Both the position numbers and the translations under genes were made by a program. Positions 8,819-20,179 of a DNA stretch of 62,899 nt are shown here, in pieces (within the stretch, counting starts at the first letter, position 1; every line of letters starts with the position of its first letter). The notes under the pieces are model-generated. The model searched no databases. It was not told where the DNA came from and worked only from the letters and a program-made list of their open reading frames with translations. The stretch comes from an uncultured Clostridium sp. (GTDB taxonomy: Bacteria; Bacillota; Clostridia; TANB77; CAG-508). The DNA lies in assembly GCA_930991035.1 (NCBI GenBank), contig CAKNRV010000005.1:1-62899 (forward strand). The letters are read 5' to 3'.

Positions 8819-10474
8819 CTATTCATACTTCATTGCCTTCTCTAATCTCTTAATAACACTCTCTCCTCCAAGCACCTTCATAATCTCATACATATCAGGT
8901 GTGTTTTGTCTGCCTGTTAGTGCAACTCTAAGTACTGTGCTAACATCTCCTACGTGTCCTGGCCATTTTTCTGGTTCTGCTTTATATTCTTTTACTTCTC
9001 TTGCATATCCATTTGCTTCTGCTAAGTCTTTTATTTTATTAAACCACGTTTCTTTATCGTCTTGTATATCAAAATATTTTTCTATGTAGTCTTTTAGCAA
9101 TTTATTTACTTTCTCTTTGTCAGAAATTTTGCCATAATCATAAGAAACTTCACTATCTAAAAATTTGTTGTCATACATATAGATTATAGAATTTTTTACA
9201 TCTGCCCATTTTGAAATATCTTTTCTATGCTTTTTATTTCCTCTTTCTATCCCAAATATTTTTAGTGAATATTCTTTATCTTGAAGCATTTCAAATAATT
9301 CATTATCATACTCTTTTGCCCAATTTAATGAATTTTCGTAAACTTCTTCTGCTGTCATTTTTGATATAACTGTTTTGCCTATGTCTAGCAATTTTATCAT
9401 ATCAAATAATGCTCCACTAACACTCATTTTATTCAATTGGAAGTCGAATTCGTCCATATCTCTATCTGGGTTTGCTCTTCTCCAGTTTTCAAATGTTGAA
9501 TTTGCTATGTTTAATAAATATTCTTTAACAGCATTAACTGGTATTCCTTCCTCTTTGTAGTATGATACTGCTGCTTCTGGGTCTTTTCTTTTACTTAATT
9601 TACGCTTATTGCCATTATCATTTTTCATAATTGGTGATATATGTGCATATTTTGGAGCTTTGAAACCTAACTCGTGGAATAGTTGTAAATGTAGTGGTAC
9701 AGAAGATAGCCATTCGTCACTACGTATTACAATTGTTGTTCTCATTAAATGGTCGTCAACTGCGTGTGCAAAATGGTAAGTTGGCAACCCATCTGCTTTT
9801 ATTATAACTATATCTTGGTCATTTTCTGGGAAATCAACATTTCCCTTTATCAAATCGTGATGTTTTATTTTTCTGTCTTCTCTTCCTGGTGATTTAAAAC
9901 GTATAATGTATTTTTCACCATTCTTTATTTTTTCTGCTGCTTCTTCTACAGTTAAATTTCTACATTTTGCCCACACTCCATAGTATCCAGGTCTTATTTT
10001 AGCAGCTTCTTGTTTTTGTCTTATTTCGTCTACTTCTTCGCTACTGCAAAAACAAGGATATGCTTTACCTTGCTCTAATAAATATTTTGCATATGCTTGG
10101 TAAATATCTTTTCTTAGAGATTGCTTGTATGGTCCATAATTTCCCTTTTCTTCTGTTTCTGTAACCATACCCTCGTCTGGCAATATATCAAAGTCTTTTA
10201 GAGAGTTTACTATTCCTGTAACTCCGTTTTCAACTTCTCTTTTTTGGTCAGTGTCTTCAACTCTTAAGAAAAATACTCCATTAGTCTTTTTTGTCATTTC
10301 TTTTGCAACTAGAGCTTGGTATAGTCCACCAATATGCACAAATCCAGTAGGACTAGGTGCAAATCTTGATACTACTGCACCTTCTGGCAAATTTCTTTCT
10401 GGATATTTTTCTTCATAATATGAAATTTCCTTTGCTTCTGGAAAAATTAAGTCTGCTAAATCTTTATAATTCAT
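8819..10474 (-). CDS. gltX: Glutamate-tRNA ligase
   Basis: RFAPSPTGFVHIGG, RVEDTD and KLSKR motifs. Confidence 0.97.
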   Translation of the reverse strand: MNYKDLADLIFPEAKEISYYEEKYPERNLPEGAVVSRFAPSPTGFVHIGGLYQALVAKEMTKKTNGVFFLRVEDTDQKREVENGVTGIVNSLKDFDILPDEGMVTETEEKGNYGPYKQSLRKDIYQAYAKYLLEQGKAYPCFCSSEEVDEIRQKQEAAKIRPGYYGVWAKCRNLTVEEAAEKIKNGEKYIIRFKSPGREDRKIKHHDLIKGNVDFPENDQDIVIIKADGLPTYHFAHAVDDHLMRTTIVIRSDEWLSSVPLHLQLFHELGFKAPKYAHISPIMKNDNGNKRKLSKRKDPEAAVSYYKEEGIPVNAVKEYLLNIANSTFENWRRANPDRDMDEFDFQLNKMSVSGALFDMIKLLDIGKTVISKMTAEEVYENSLNWAKEYDNELFEMLQDKEYSLKIFGIERGNKKHRKDISKWADVKNSIIYMYDNKFLDSEVSYDYGKISDKEKVNKLLKDYIEKYFDIQDDKETWFNKIKDLAEANGYAREVKEYKAEPEKWPGHVGDVSTVLRVALTGRQNTPDMYEIMKVLGGESVIKRLEKAMKYE

Positions 10475-10504
10475 TTGTTATTCCCCTTTCTAAAATTTCT
10501 TTCT

Positions 10505-10629
10505 AGCTTGGAAAAGAATTGGTGTTTTGGCTAGGCAACCAAGTGAGAAAACCGGAGGCGTACTTGTTGTACGTCGAGGATTTTCGAAACGCAGGCTAAC
10601 AACGCCAAAACCTAATTATTTTTCAAGCT
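10505..10629. repeat. Long imperfect palindrome, MITE/REP-like element
   Basis: AGCTTGGAAAAGAATTGG..TTTTGGC / GCCAAAACCTAATTATTTTTCAAGCT ends with inner CGTAC..GTACG; GC-rich relative to flanks. Confidence 0.6.
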
Positions 10630-10631
10630 CA

Positions 10632-12530
10632 TTACACTTCCATAATAATTGGCAAAATCATCGGATTACGTTTAGTTCTTTGGAAAATATAATCTCTTAA
10701 ATCGTCTTTTAAAGTTGATTTAATTGTTGACCAGTCACGAACTCCTTCTTCTTCAAAAGTTCTAACTTCTTGTCTTATAACTTTCTTTACATCGTCCATT
10801 AGTGTCTCAGATTCTCTTACATATACAAATCCTCTTGAAACCACATCTGGTCCTGACACAATTTCTCCTGTACTTCCATCCATTGTCATTACAATTACTA
10901 TTAAACCATCTTGTGATAAATGTTGTCTATCTCTTAAAACTATATTTCCAACATCACCCACGCCAAGTCCATCAACTAATATTTTTCCATTTGGTACAGA
11001 TGTAGTAATTTTGGCTTCTTTTTTGTTTAATTCCAATGTTTTCCCATTTTCTAGTATAAATATGTTTTCGCTTGGTATTCCCATTTCTTTTGCTGTTTCT
11101 GCGTGTGCTTTTAATTGTCTATATTCGCCGTGTACTGGTATAAAATATTTTGGACGTGCAAGTCTTATTATTAGTTTTTGCTCTTCTTGGCAAGCATGTC
11201 CTGATACGTGAACATTTTCTAACGCACTGTATATAACTTCTGCACCTATTTGCATCAAATCATTTATTACGTTTGATACCAATTTTTCATTTCCTGGTAT
11301 AGGAGTTGCTGAGATTATAACCATATCATTTGGTGTTATAACTACCTTTTTGTGCTCACCTGCTGCCATTCTTGTAAGTGCAGACATTGTTTCACCTTGA
11401 CTACCTGTTGTAATTATTACTAATTGGTCATCTGTATAATTTTTTATCATATCTATGTCTATAAACATATTTTCTGGTGCATTAATATATCCAATTTCTC
11501 TTGCAGTTTCTATCATATTTATCATACTTCTACCACAAACTGCAATTTTTCTACCATATTTTTCAGCAGAATTTACTATTTGTTGCACTCTATGCACATT
11601 TGATGCGAATGTTGCCACTACAATTCTCTTCTTGTTGTTTTGAAATAGCCTGTCAAAAACCTCTCCTATTGTTCTTTCTGACATTGTATAGCCTTTTCTT
11701 TCTGAGTTTGTACTATCTGACATAAGAGCTAAAATACCCTTATTACCTAATTCTGCAATTCTTCCTAAATCCATTACTTGGTCGTCTATTGGTGTAAAAT
11801 CAACTTTAAAGTCTCCTGTATGAAGGACTACACCAACTGGTGTGTGTATTGCAAGCATAACAGAGTCTGGTATACTATGGCTACTTCTTATAAATTCAAC
11901 TTTAATGTTTCCAAAGTTTATTGTTTGACCTTGTTCTACTGTAACTAATTTGGTTGAAGCCAATAATTTATGTTCTTCCAATTTATTTTTTATTAAACCA
12001 ACTGTTAATTTTGTTGCATAAATTGGCATATTAATTTGTTTTAAAACATAAGGTATAGCACCAATGTGATCTTCGTGTCCGTGTGTTACAACCATTCCCT
12101 TTATTTTATCTTTGTTTTTTTCTAGATATGTTACATCTGGTATAACCAAATCTATACCTAACATATCGTCTTCAGGGAATTCCAAACCGCAGTCTACTAA
12201 TACTATCTCATTTCCGTATTCAAAAACTGTAATATTTTTTCCAATCTCGTCTAAACCTCCAAGAGGTATTATTTTTAAATTGTCTTTCTTGAACTCAAAT
12301 TTATTTGTTCTTCTTTTACCATTAAATGAGCTACTTAACAATTCGTCTCTTGGAAATTGTTTTTCAAATAAAACTTCTCCATTGCTTTGAGCTTTGCTCT
12401 CTCTCTTGTTAATTTGGTTTGCTTCCTTTCTATTAGTTTTTCTTGGATTGTTTCTCTTTTTTAGTTCTGACTTATTGTTTAAATCAGTTTTCTTTGCTGT
12501 TTTTTCTTTAACTGTTCCTTTTCTCTCCAT
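10632..12530 (-). CDS. rnj: Ribonuclease J
   Basis: PLGGLDEIGKN, THGHEDH and HVSGHA motifs; basic N-terminal extension; ATG at 12530 after AAGGAG. Confidence 0.97.
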   Translation of the reverse strand: MERKGTVKEKTAKKTDLNNKSELKKRNNPRKTNRKEANQINKRESKAQSNGEVLFEKQFPRDELLSSSFNGKRRTNKFEFKKDNLKIIPLGGLDEIGKNITVFEYGNEIVLVDCGLEFPEDDMLGIDLVIPDVTYLEKNKDKIKGMVVTHGHEDHIGAIPYVLKQINMPIYATKLTVGLIKNKLEEHKLLASTKLVTVEQGQTINFGNIKVEFIRSSHSIPDSVMLAIHTPVGVVLHTGDFKVDFTPIDDQVMDLGRIAELGNKGILALMSDSTNSERKGYTMSERTIGEVFDRLFQNNKKRIVVATFASNVHRVQQIVNSAEKYGRKIAVCGRSMINMIETAREIGYINAPENMFIDIDMIKNYTDDQLVIITTGSQGETMSALTRMAAGEHKKVVITPNDMVIISATPIPGNEKLVSNVINDLMQIGAEVIYSALENVHVSGHACQEEQKLIIRLARPKYFIPVHGEYRQLKAHAETAKEMGIPSENIFILENGKTLELNKKEAKITTSVPNGKILVDGLGVGDVGNIVLRDRQHLSQDGLIVIVMTMDGSTGEIVSGPDVVSRGFVYVRESETLMDDVKKVIRQEVRTFEEEGVRDWSTIKSTLKDDLRDYIFQRTKRNPMILPIIMEV

Positions 12531-13096
12531 TAAATAAATCTCTCCTTCTTTATTTTTATTATTTTCTTGTATGCACATACTTTTAGATATTAAATTTTAT
12601 ATATTTCTAATCTTACAAAAGTACGCTCTCTTATGCATATTTTAATTTATATATTTTATATATAGAAAACTAAAATATTTTCCGTTCCAAACACTTTTTA
12701 ATTATTTTGTTCTATTTTCTTTATCTTATACAAAAAAAGCTGAAATGAGATGTATATTTTTGGCAAGGTATAAGAAGTTTTAAGAAATATACATTATTTC
12801 AGCTTTTTACTTAATTATTTATAATTGTAACTTAATAAATTACTAATAAAACATATTCGGTAACAACTATTTATACAAATCAAATGATTATCTTTATAAA
12901 TAATTCTTCCTTTTTTACGCGCACATTAATTCTATGCTTTTATCCCGCTTTAAGCATAGCTAATATTACTTTAATTTATTAATCCGCTCAATAATTTACA
13001 ATATTTTTTCCGCTCTCTATAAATATCTATATAAATCTCTTCTTTACCTTAATTGGTAACAACTGTAAATTATTATACTATGTTTTTTTGATTTTG

Positions 13097-13981
13097 TCAA
13101 ATTGCAGAGCCAATCATTCCTGCATCATTTTTTAGCTCTGCTAATACAATTTTAGGCAGGCTATCTTTATTAAACACATATTTTTTTGTGTTCATTCTAG
13201 TTACTAATTTATCATAGAAAATATCTTTAAAGAAAACAAAACTTCCACCAAGGCAAATTGCTTCTGGCTCAAATATATCTATTAAATTAGACAAGCCCAC
13301 AATTAAATTTTCTATGTATTCATTTATTACATTTTCTATTTCTGGATTTTTTATGTTCTCTTTTAGTTTTTCAAGTAATTGTTCAGAATTTATATCTTCA
13401 AGAGACAAAATCTCTCTTATCTTTTCCTTAAATCTTTTTATAGAGCAATAAGTTTCAAAACACCCTCTTTTTCCACAGTTACATTGCAAACCATCTTTTT
13501 GTATTATTATATGCCCTAGCTCAAATCCTAAATTTTTATTTGCAGTAAGTAGTCTCCCATTTAGGAACACAGCAGAACCAATTCCTGTTCCTATACATAA
13601 AAATATAGCATCCTTGCATCCACGCAAAGCTCCATAATTCATTTCTGCCAATCCTGCTGCTTTCGAATCATTTTTTACTAAAAATGGAATTTTGTACTTT
13701 TCAGCAAGTGGTGTAAAGTCAAGTACATCTATTCCCAAATTAACCAAATTCAATGCTTTTTTCCCTTTTGGATTTCCTGGGCAGGCAATTCCCACTAACT
13801 CTACATTATTTTCTTTTGTTAGCTCTTCTATATTTTTATCCAAATACTCTACAAGAATCTTTGGTTTTTTCAATTCTTGTGTCATATCTATTTCTTGCTT
13901 TTCAACAATCTTTCCTTCTTCATCCAAAAGAGCAATACCTATGTGGCTTCCACCAATATCAATTCCAATTTTCATTACCAT
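13097..13981 (-). CDS. ROK family sugar kinase
   Basis: IGIDIGGS, GTGIG and ELGH..CNCGKRGCFE motifs. Confidence 0.92.
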   Translation of the reverse strand: MVMKIGIDIGGSHIGIALLDEEGKIVEKQEIDMTQELKKPKILVEYLDKNIEELTKENNVELVGIACPGNPKGKKALNLVNLGIDVLDFTPLAEKYKIPFLVKNDSKAAGLAEMNYGALRGCKDAIFLCIGTGIGSAVFLNGRLLTANKNLGFELGHIIIQKDGLQCNCGKRGCFETYCSIKRFKEKIREILSLEDINSEQLLEKLKENIKNPEIENVINEYIENLIVGLSNLIDIFEPEAICLGGSFVFFKDIFYDKLVTRMNTKKYVFNKDSLPKIVLAELKNDAGMIGSAI

Positions 13982-14067
13982 CGTTCCTTTCTCAATTGTA
14001 ATTATTTTTCAACCAAAAAACAAATTCAACCAAGTACTCGCTAGCTTCCTTGGTTGAACAATATTTT

Positions 14068-15426
14068 CTATAATGGTGGTAAATCGACTGATTCGAATAC
14101 CCAAGTACCCATATAAAGTTGAATACAAGGTACTATTATTACTAAAACTAAGAATATTAGGAATATACCAACAATCGAGTAAACAATTTGTGGTAAAACA
14201 CTCATTATTCTTTGCATCAAATTGTTTATATCTATTTCCATATATTCTACCAATTTTCTCATCATTTCTGTTAAGTCAGTCTGCATACCAATTTTTAGCA
14301 TTTCTGTTTGCATTGGAGATGTCAAACTAGAGTTTTCAAATGGTTCTATCCAAGATGCACCTATTAAAATATTATTAATTGCTGTTTCTATAATTGAAAG
14401 CATAACATAATTTTTGATGACAGATTTACTAACCTCAAGAGATTCCTGAATTCTCATACCATTCTCTAGGTTTAAAAGCATAGCTCTCATTAACCTTGAA
14501 AAATCCATTGCAAAAATCAATTTTCCAAATACAGGCATTTTGTATTTAAAGTAGTCAAAATTATACCTTCCCTTAGGGCTATTTATATAAACCATCAATA
14601 TTGCAACAGCTCCTGCTATAATCATAACAGGTATATACCATATAGCTGCTAATCCATTACAAAAATCTATGAACCACAATGTTATGCCTGGCAACTCTTG
14701 TGTTGTCCCTGCTTGTTCAAATGTTTCTTGTATCAATGGTATAATATATGCCACACCAAATATTAAAATTGCTATTATTGCAAGTAATTGTAATACATTT
14801 GGAATAATTATTTTTCTCAATCTTTGGCCATATCCATCTACATCTTCCATATATTTTATAGCTTGCTCAAGCGATTTTGTAAGCGAACCTGACATTTCAC
14901 CTACTTTTATCATATTGATATATATATATGGGAATATATTTGAGTAATATTCCATTGTTGTATACATATATTCTCCAGCTTCAACACCTGCTAAAATATC
15001 TTGCAATATTCCTCTTAATGATAAGTTTTCTGTACTATCTATAATTGTACTTAATGCGTGTATATTATTAAAGTTTGCTTTTTTAAGTAAATAAAAATTC
15101 TGTGTAAAAATTATAATATCTCTATTAGTTATTTTTTCTTCTCTAGATAATGCTAAATTAACTCTTTCTTTTATAGATGGCTTTATGTTTTCTCTACCTC
15201 TAAGGATGTTTGCAGAGTTTGCTTGCTTCATAATGTCGTCTATATCCATCATATTCTTTCTATTTACCTTTGTCTTTTTTCCCTGGTAACCAACTTGTAC
15301 AATACTTATAGGTAATAAGTCATTATTTTTTAGCTTTTTTATTAATGTGTTTTTATTTACATCTTCTACCTTATTTCTTACTATTTGTCCCTTAGATGTT
15401 ACCGCTCTATATACATATTCTGGCAT
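14068..15426 (-). CDS. pilC: Type IV pilus platform protein (PilC/GspF family)
   Basis: MPEYVYRAV start, MIKVGEMSGSL, two GspF-like halves, operon context. Confidence 0.9.
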   Translation of the reverse strand: MPEYVYRAVTSKGQIVRNKVEDVNKNTLIKKLKNNDLLPISIVQVGYQGKKTKVNRKNMMDIDDIMKQANSANILRGRENIKPSIKERVNLALSREEKITNRDIIIFTQNFYLLKKANFNNIHALSTIIDSTENLSLRGILQDILAGVEAGEYMYTTMEYYSNIFPYIYINMIKVGEMSGSLTKSLEQAIKYMEDVDGYGQRLRKIIIPNVLQLLAIIAILIFGVAYIIPLIQETFEQAGTTQELPGITLWFIDFCNGLAAIWYIPVMIIAGAVAILMVYINSPKGRYNFDYFKYKMPVFGKLIFAMDFSRLMRAMLLNLENGMRIQESLEVSKSVIKNYVMLSIIETAINNILIGASWIEPFENSSLTSPMQTEMLKIGMQTDLTEMMRKLVEYMEIDINNLMQRIMSVLPQIVYSIVGIFLIFLVLVIIVPCIQLYMGTWVFESVDLPPL

Positions 15427-15453
15427 TTTTCCTCCTTTCTAACAGCTTCAAAT

Positions 15454-16572
15454 TTATTGATTAATTTTGTTTTCTTTTTCTTTCTTTATTTTTAATTGCA
15501 TTATTGTTCTGTTTAATGTTTCTATATTTTTTTCTTCTATTTGAGCTTTTGCTTGCTCTAATGTTATTACATCGTCAACAAATAGCTCTGCGATTGAATT
15601 TATTAGACCTATACTTCCTTTTTCTAGGTTACTTTGAATTGCATCTTCTATTTCTGATACACTTATTTTTTCTTTTCTTATTATACCAGAAACAATATTA
15701 TCTACAACCATTACCTCTGGCACAAGTACCAAATCTCCTGTTTTAGATGGTAATAACCTTTGTGAAATAACAAGTTTTAATAATGAAGAAATTAAATATT
15801 TAACTTGTTGTTGGTCTCTTATTTCATAGAAGTTTACCATTCTATCGATTGTTTCTGCGCAAGATTTTGTATGAAGTGTACCTATTACCAAGTGTCCTGC
15901 TTCTGCTGTTTCAATTGCTGCTTCCATTGTTTCTCTATCTCTAATCTCACCAATTACTAGAATATCGCAGTCTTCTCTTAATGAGTTTTTTACACCATCG
16001 CTATATGTTAAACAATCACGTCCTGGTCCGATTTCTTTTTGTACTATAACAGATTTTTTACAATGATGTTTATACTCAACTGGGTTCTCTAAAGTAAGTA
16101 TTTTTTTATTCTGGTTTTCATTTATTTCGTTTATTAAGGCATTTAATGTAGTAGTTTTACCAGAGTTAGTTTTTCCTGTTACTAGTATTAAACCTTGTGG
16201 TTGATAAGTCATTCTTCTTACTATATCAGGTACTCCCAAGTCTTCATATTTGGGTAATTCATTTTTTATAAGTCTCATTGTATAAACTGGTATTTCATTA
16301 GCTAATGAGATATTTACCCTTAAACGAATATTCTCAAACTCATAAGAAGTATCTAATTTTTTTGTTTCTTTAAAAACTCTATCTTTATCCACATTTCCTC
16401 TTACAAAGTAGTCATAAACCTCATACATATCGTCTTCATTTAATGGACTTTTACAATCGTATTCTATTAAATCTCTTCTAATTCTGAGCATAGGTTTTAT
16501 GCCACAAATTAGGTGAACATCTGATGCATCTTTTTTTAATGCTGTTTCTAAAATTTTATCAATATCTATCAT
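15454..16572 (-). CDS. pilT: PilT/PilU-like retraction ATPase
   Basis: ASDVHL, Walker A GKTNSGKTT, GEIRD and GHLVIGTLH. Confidence 0.88.
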   Translation of the reverse strand: MIDIDKILETALKKDASDVHLICGIKPMLRIRRDLIEYDCKSPLNEDDMYEVYDYFVRGNVDKDRVFKETKKLDTSYEFENIRLRVNISLANEIPVYTMRLIKNELPKYEDLGVPDIVRRMTYQPQGLILVTGKTNSGKTTTLNALINEINENQNKKILTLENPVEYKHHCKKSVIVQKEIGPGRDCLTYSDGVKNSLREDCDILVIGEIRDRETMEAAIETAEAGHLVIGTLHTKSCAETIDRMVNFYEIRDQQQVKYLISSLLKLVISQRLLPSKTGDLVLVPEVMVVDNIVSGIIRKEKISVSEIEDAIQSNLEKGSIGLINSIAELFVDDVITLEQAKAQIEEKNIETLNRTIMQLKIKKEKENKINQ

Positions 16573-16589
16573 TAGTTACCTCCATAAAT

Positions 16590-18215
16590 CTAATATATAG
16601 CTAACTTATTATTCAACTCTTGTAAATTTGTAGTACCATCAAGTACTCTATTTACTCCTTCTATAATCAATGGCAAATAACCACTTTTTAATGCTTCTCT
16701 TCTAATTTCCATTGTAGGTTTATTTTCTACTATTAAAGCTCTTATTTCGTCATTAATTATTAGTACTTCAAATATACCAATTCTTCCAAAGTAACCTGTG
16801 TTATGACATTTTGAACATCCCACTGCATCATAAGTTTTTTTGCCTTCCAAATCAAATTTCACATTGTATTTGTTTCCTATTTTTTCTATTATCTCTTTTT
16901 CTTGTTCTGTAAAATCTCTTTCTTTTGCACAGTCTGGGCATAATTTTCTTATTAATCTCTCTGAAACAGATGTCGCAAGAGTACTAGAAATGTCATAATT
17001 TGAAACTCCCATTTTTCTAAGTCTTGTTATAACTTCTATCGCATCAATTGTATGAATAGTAGACAATACATAGTGTCCTGTTTGTCCTGCTTGCATAGCA
17101 ATTTCTGCCGTTTCTGTATCTCTTATCTCTCCTAAAAGTATAATATCTGGGTCTTGCCTTAATACTGTTCTTAATGAATCTGCAAATGTAGTTTTTGGAT
17201 CTACTTCTATTTGGTTCAAACCATTTATTCTAATTTCTACTGGGTCCTCTATTGTTGTTATATTTATTTCAGCTCTATTTAAATAATCTACAATACTGTA
17301 TAAAGAAGTAGTTTTTCCTTCTCCAGTTGGTGCAGCAATTACTGTAATACTATTTTTCTTGTTAAATGCATTTTTTAATAGTTGCTCATCATTTGGAAAT
17401 CCCAAATCAAAAATTGACTTTACATCTTCATTTTTCTTTAGTAATCTAAGAACAAACTTTTCTCCATAAATATTTTTTTGTGAAGATACACGAATATTAT
17501 ATTCTGGATACATTATTATTCTTCCGTCTTGTGATTCTTGCTTTTCTTGGTGCATATTAGATATAGCTTTTAATCTTCCTATAATTTGTGACTGCTTTTC
17601 TTTTCCTACATTTGCTGCATTTATTAAAACACCATCTATTCTATACCTAACTCTTAAACCTTCTTGCATAGGCTCTATGTGTATGTCAGATGCTCTTTTT
17701 TCCATTGCTGTTTTTATTACACTATCTATAAATCCAGATACATCCGCACTTACATCAATGCTTTCATTACTTCCACTAAAAGAATTTAATATTAAGTCTA
17801 TATTTGTTTCAAATGTAATGTATTTTTCCATAATTAGGCCTTTATTTAAAAGTAATAACCTAACTGTTTCAACTGCTCTTTTATTAGAAGTATCTGCAAA
17901 ACAAACTTTAATTCTACCATTCACTTCTTCAAATGGTATAGCCTTATATTGTCTTGCAATATCAATAGAAATATAATCTAAAATATTTATCTTGATATCA
18001 GATTCTTTTAAATATATTGCTTTTTCTTCTAATATTTCTCCCATTGCGTTTATTAAAACATAAGGGTCGCAAGCTCTTAAAATATTTAGTATATCACCAA
18101 TTTTCTTTTTTGGCTCTGCTTTTTGATAATCCAGTGCTCTTTGAATGTCCTCTTCAGTTACAATACCTCTTTTTACTAATTCTATACCCAAAGGTTGTCT
18201 TCTTTTTGAATCCAT
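16590..18215 (-). CDS. pilB: Type IV pilus assembly ATPase (PilB/GspE)
   Basis: ASDIHIEP, RYRIDG, APTGEGKTT, LRQDPD and tetracysteine motif. Confidence 0.93.
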   Translation of the reverse strand: MDSKRRQPLGIELVKRGIVTEEDIQRALDYQKAEPKKKIGDILNILRACDPYVLINAMGEILEEKAIYLKESDIKINILDYISIDIARQYKAIPFEEVNGRIKVCFADTSNKRAVETVRLLLLNKGLIMEKYITFETNIDLILNSFSGSNESIDVSADVSGFIDSVIKTAMEKRASDIHIEPMQEGLRVRYRIDGVLINAANVGKEKQSQIIGRLKAISNMHQEKQESQDGRIIMYPEYNIRVSSQKNIYGEKFVLRLLKKNEDVKSIFDLGFPNDEQLLKNAFNKKNSITVIAAPTGEGKTTSLYSIVDYLNRAEINITTIEDPVEIRINGLNQIEVDPKTTFADSLRTVLRQDPDIILLGEIRDTETAEIAMQAGQTGHYVLSTIHTIDAIEVITRLRKMGVSNYDISSTLATSVSERLIRKLCPDCAKERDFTEQEKEIIEKIGNKYNVKFDLEGKKTYDAVGCSKCHNTGYFGRIGIFEVLIINDEIRALIVENKPTMEIRREALKSGYLPLIIEGVNRVLDGTTNLQELNNKLAIY

Positions 18216-18271
18216 AGAATTTCTCCTTTCATTAGTTATATAAATTATTATTTACAATTTTTTTAATATTA

Positions 18272-18721
18272 TTACCAATATCTTAATGTAAAATCTATAT
18301 TATCAGATATAGAGTCTTCATTGTCGTTTCCTATTTGAAAATTTACATTTATGATATTTTTGGTAATTGAATCAACAGTAAAAGTACTAGCTGTAAATGT
18401 ACATTGTAAAAAGTCAGTTGCAATCTCTACATCATTTCTATATATTTTTCCATTTTGATATCTATAAGTTGGGCCATCTTCAAATTGTATGTTTGAATTA
18501 GTTACAGTTGCAGAACTGTAATTTTTTATATCTACTGCAAAAAACATTACAAATTTATTAAACTCTGCTACATAATCAGGAGTATTCATTGCTGCACCTA
18601 CTCCACCATAAAAGAAATTACTAATTGTGGTAAGTATTCCAATTACTACTATAAAAATCAAAATATATACAGTTAAAGCTACAAGTGTAACACCATTTTG
18701 GCTTTTTAATTTCGTTTTCAT
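18272..18721 (-). CDS. Minor pilin-like protein
   Basis: QNG|VTLVALTVYILIF prepilin-like N-terminus. Confidence 0.75.
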   Translation of the reverse strand: MKTKLKSQNGVTLVALTVYILIFIVVIGILTTISNFFYGGVGAAMNTPDYVAEFNKFVMFFAVDIKNYSSATVTNSNIQFEDGPTYRYQNGKIYRNDVEIATDFLQCTFTASTFTVDSITKNIINVNFQIGNDNEDSISDNIDFTLRYW

Positions 18722-18748
18722 TAATTAGCAAATACTCCTTTCTTCTAA

Positions 18749-19168
18749 TTACATTTCTTTAATTTTTAGTCTTTGCACAACAAAATCTTCTGTCTCCCCT
18801 TGCAATGTATACGATATTTTTAAATTTATAATTTTCATTATGTCTTCAATGTTTTCTACTCCCTCTCCATAATTAGAGATATTTAATTCTACACTATATC
18901 CTGCTGGAATATCGAATTGCTCTTTATAATCTGTACCAGTCTTTGTTTGCACTTCTTCATAAGAAATCTTGTCAAGGTCCTCTAATATTTTGACAGCATA
19001 AATTGTCATATTTGCACTAAGTTCTGCTCTTAAGTTATTATAATAAGAATTATACATTAAAGTACCAATTAAACTAGCAAATATTGTAAATATCAAACAA
19101 GCAATAATTAGGTCTTGCATTGTAAAACCTTTTTGCGATTTTAATTTCTTTTTTATCTTTCCCTTCAT
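18749..19168 (-). CDS. Minor pilin-like protein
   Basis: QKG|FTMQDLIIACLIF prepilin-like N-terminus. Confidence 0.78.
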   Translation of the reverse strand: MKGKIKKKLKSQKGFTMQDLIIACLIFTIFASLIGTLMYNSYYNNLRAELSANMTIYAVKILEDLDKISYEEVQTKTGTDYKEQFDIPAGYSVELNISNYGEGVENIEDIMKIINLKISYTLQGETEDFVVQRLKIKEM

Positions 19169-19237
19169 ATTAATACCTTTCTCTTTTTAAGCTAATCTGA
19201 TTTTTATATTACTGCTATATTTAAGCAATAACATCAT

Positions 19238-20053
19238 TTACGCATAAAATATTAGAAAATTTGTTATTAAAAGCATTATTATATTTGATACACACATATA
19301 AAATCCAATAGGTATTTTTGAATTTTCTACTTTTACATTTTTTACAGCCTTTACTTTTCTTTCTTTTAATTTGTGTAAAAGCAATTGAAGTGATGCACAC
19401 AATAAAGTAATTATTATTGTGTATATGTATACAGCCTCGTATGTAAACAATATCATTAGAATTGATAATACTAATATATCTATTGTATAACTATCTTTGC
19501 CTTTTTTTCTTAAATAGTAAATACTAAATAAAAGTAGAATGCATGCTAACATCAAATAAATAACATATCTATACATATTAGGGTCATTGTCTACTATATA
19601 TAGATATATCATATATATTCCAACACAAATAAAGCCAAACAAAAGAACTGGCTTTTCAATTTCTATTCTTTCTTTATCTATTCCTGCTATAATAAATATT
19701 GTAGCTAAGTATAATAATCCCACAATAAAATATACTAAAGTTTCTGTTTCTAAATTAAACAAACTTAGTTTTATAGACATTGCAAATAACACAAAAACTA
19801 TACCAGAGAAAATTTCTAGCAATAAATATCTTGGTCTTATTTTTTCTTTGCAGTATCTACATTTTCCGCCTAAAAAAATATAACTAAAAATTGGTATCAT
19901 ATCTAAGAACTCAAGTCTATGGTTGCATTTTGGGCAATATGAACGAGTATGCGTTATATCTTGTCTTAATGGTATTCTATATACTGCTAAGGTAAAGAAA
20001 CTACCAAATAAAGTACCGATGCAAAAAATTAATATATAAAATACAATATCCAT
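19238..20053 (-). CDS. pilD: Prepilin peptidase
   Basis: GSFF..VYRIP, RSYCPKC, GKCRYC; multiple TM segments. Confidence 0.92.
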   Translation of the reverse strand: MDIVFYILIFCIGTLFGSFFTLAVYRIPLRQDITHTRSYCPKCNHRLEFLDMIPIFSYIFLGGKCRYCKEKIRPRYLLLEIFSGIVFVLFAMSIKLSLFNLETETLVYFIVGLLYLATIFIIAGIDKERIEIEKPVLLFGFICVGIYMIYLYIVDNDPNMYRYVIYLMLACILLLFSIYYLRKKGKDSYTIDILVLSILMILFTYEAVYIYTIIITLLCASLQLLLHKLKERKVKAVKNVKVENSKIPIGFYMCVSNIIMLLITNFLIFYA

Positions 20054-20074
20054 TTGTTCTCCCTTATTTTAAAT

Positions 20075-20132
20075 TAGAGGTTATACTTAAAATATAATTA
20101 TATATTTTAAATTATATCTAGTATAACCTCTT
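20075..20132 (-). terminator. Hairpin downstream of the short pilin gene
   Basis: AGAGGTTATACT...AGTATAACCTCT inverted repeat; consistent with high pilin expression and partial read-through. Confidence 0.55.
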
Positions 20133-20179
20133 TATTTTTAGTTTAAAGAAATTTTAAACCGTTTAAAATTTTTTTAGAA

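Noticed and set aside
12600-13090. Long rnj upstream region with a hairpin at 12732-12808
   Set aside because: Could be a regulatory leader, but there is no recognisable motif or second copy to support a call.
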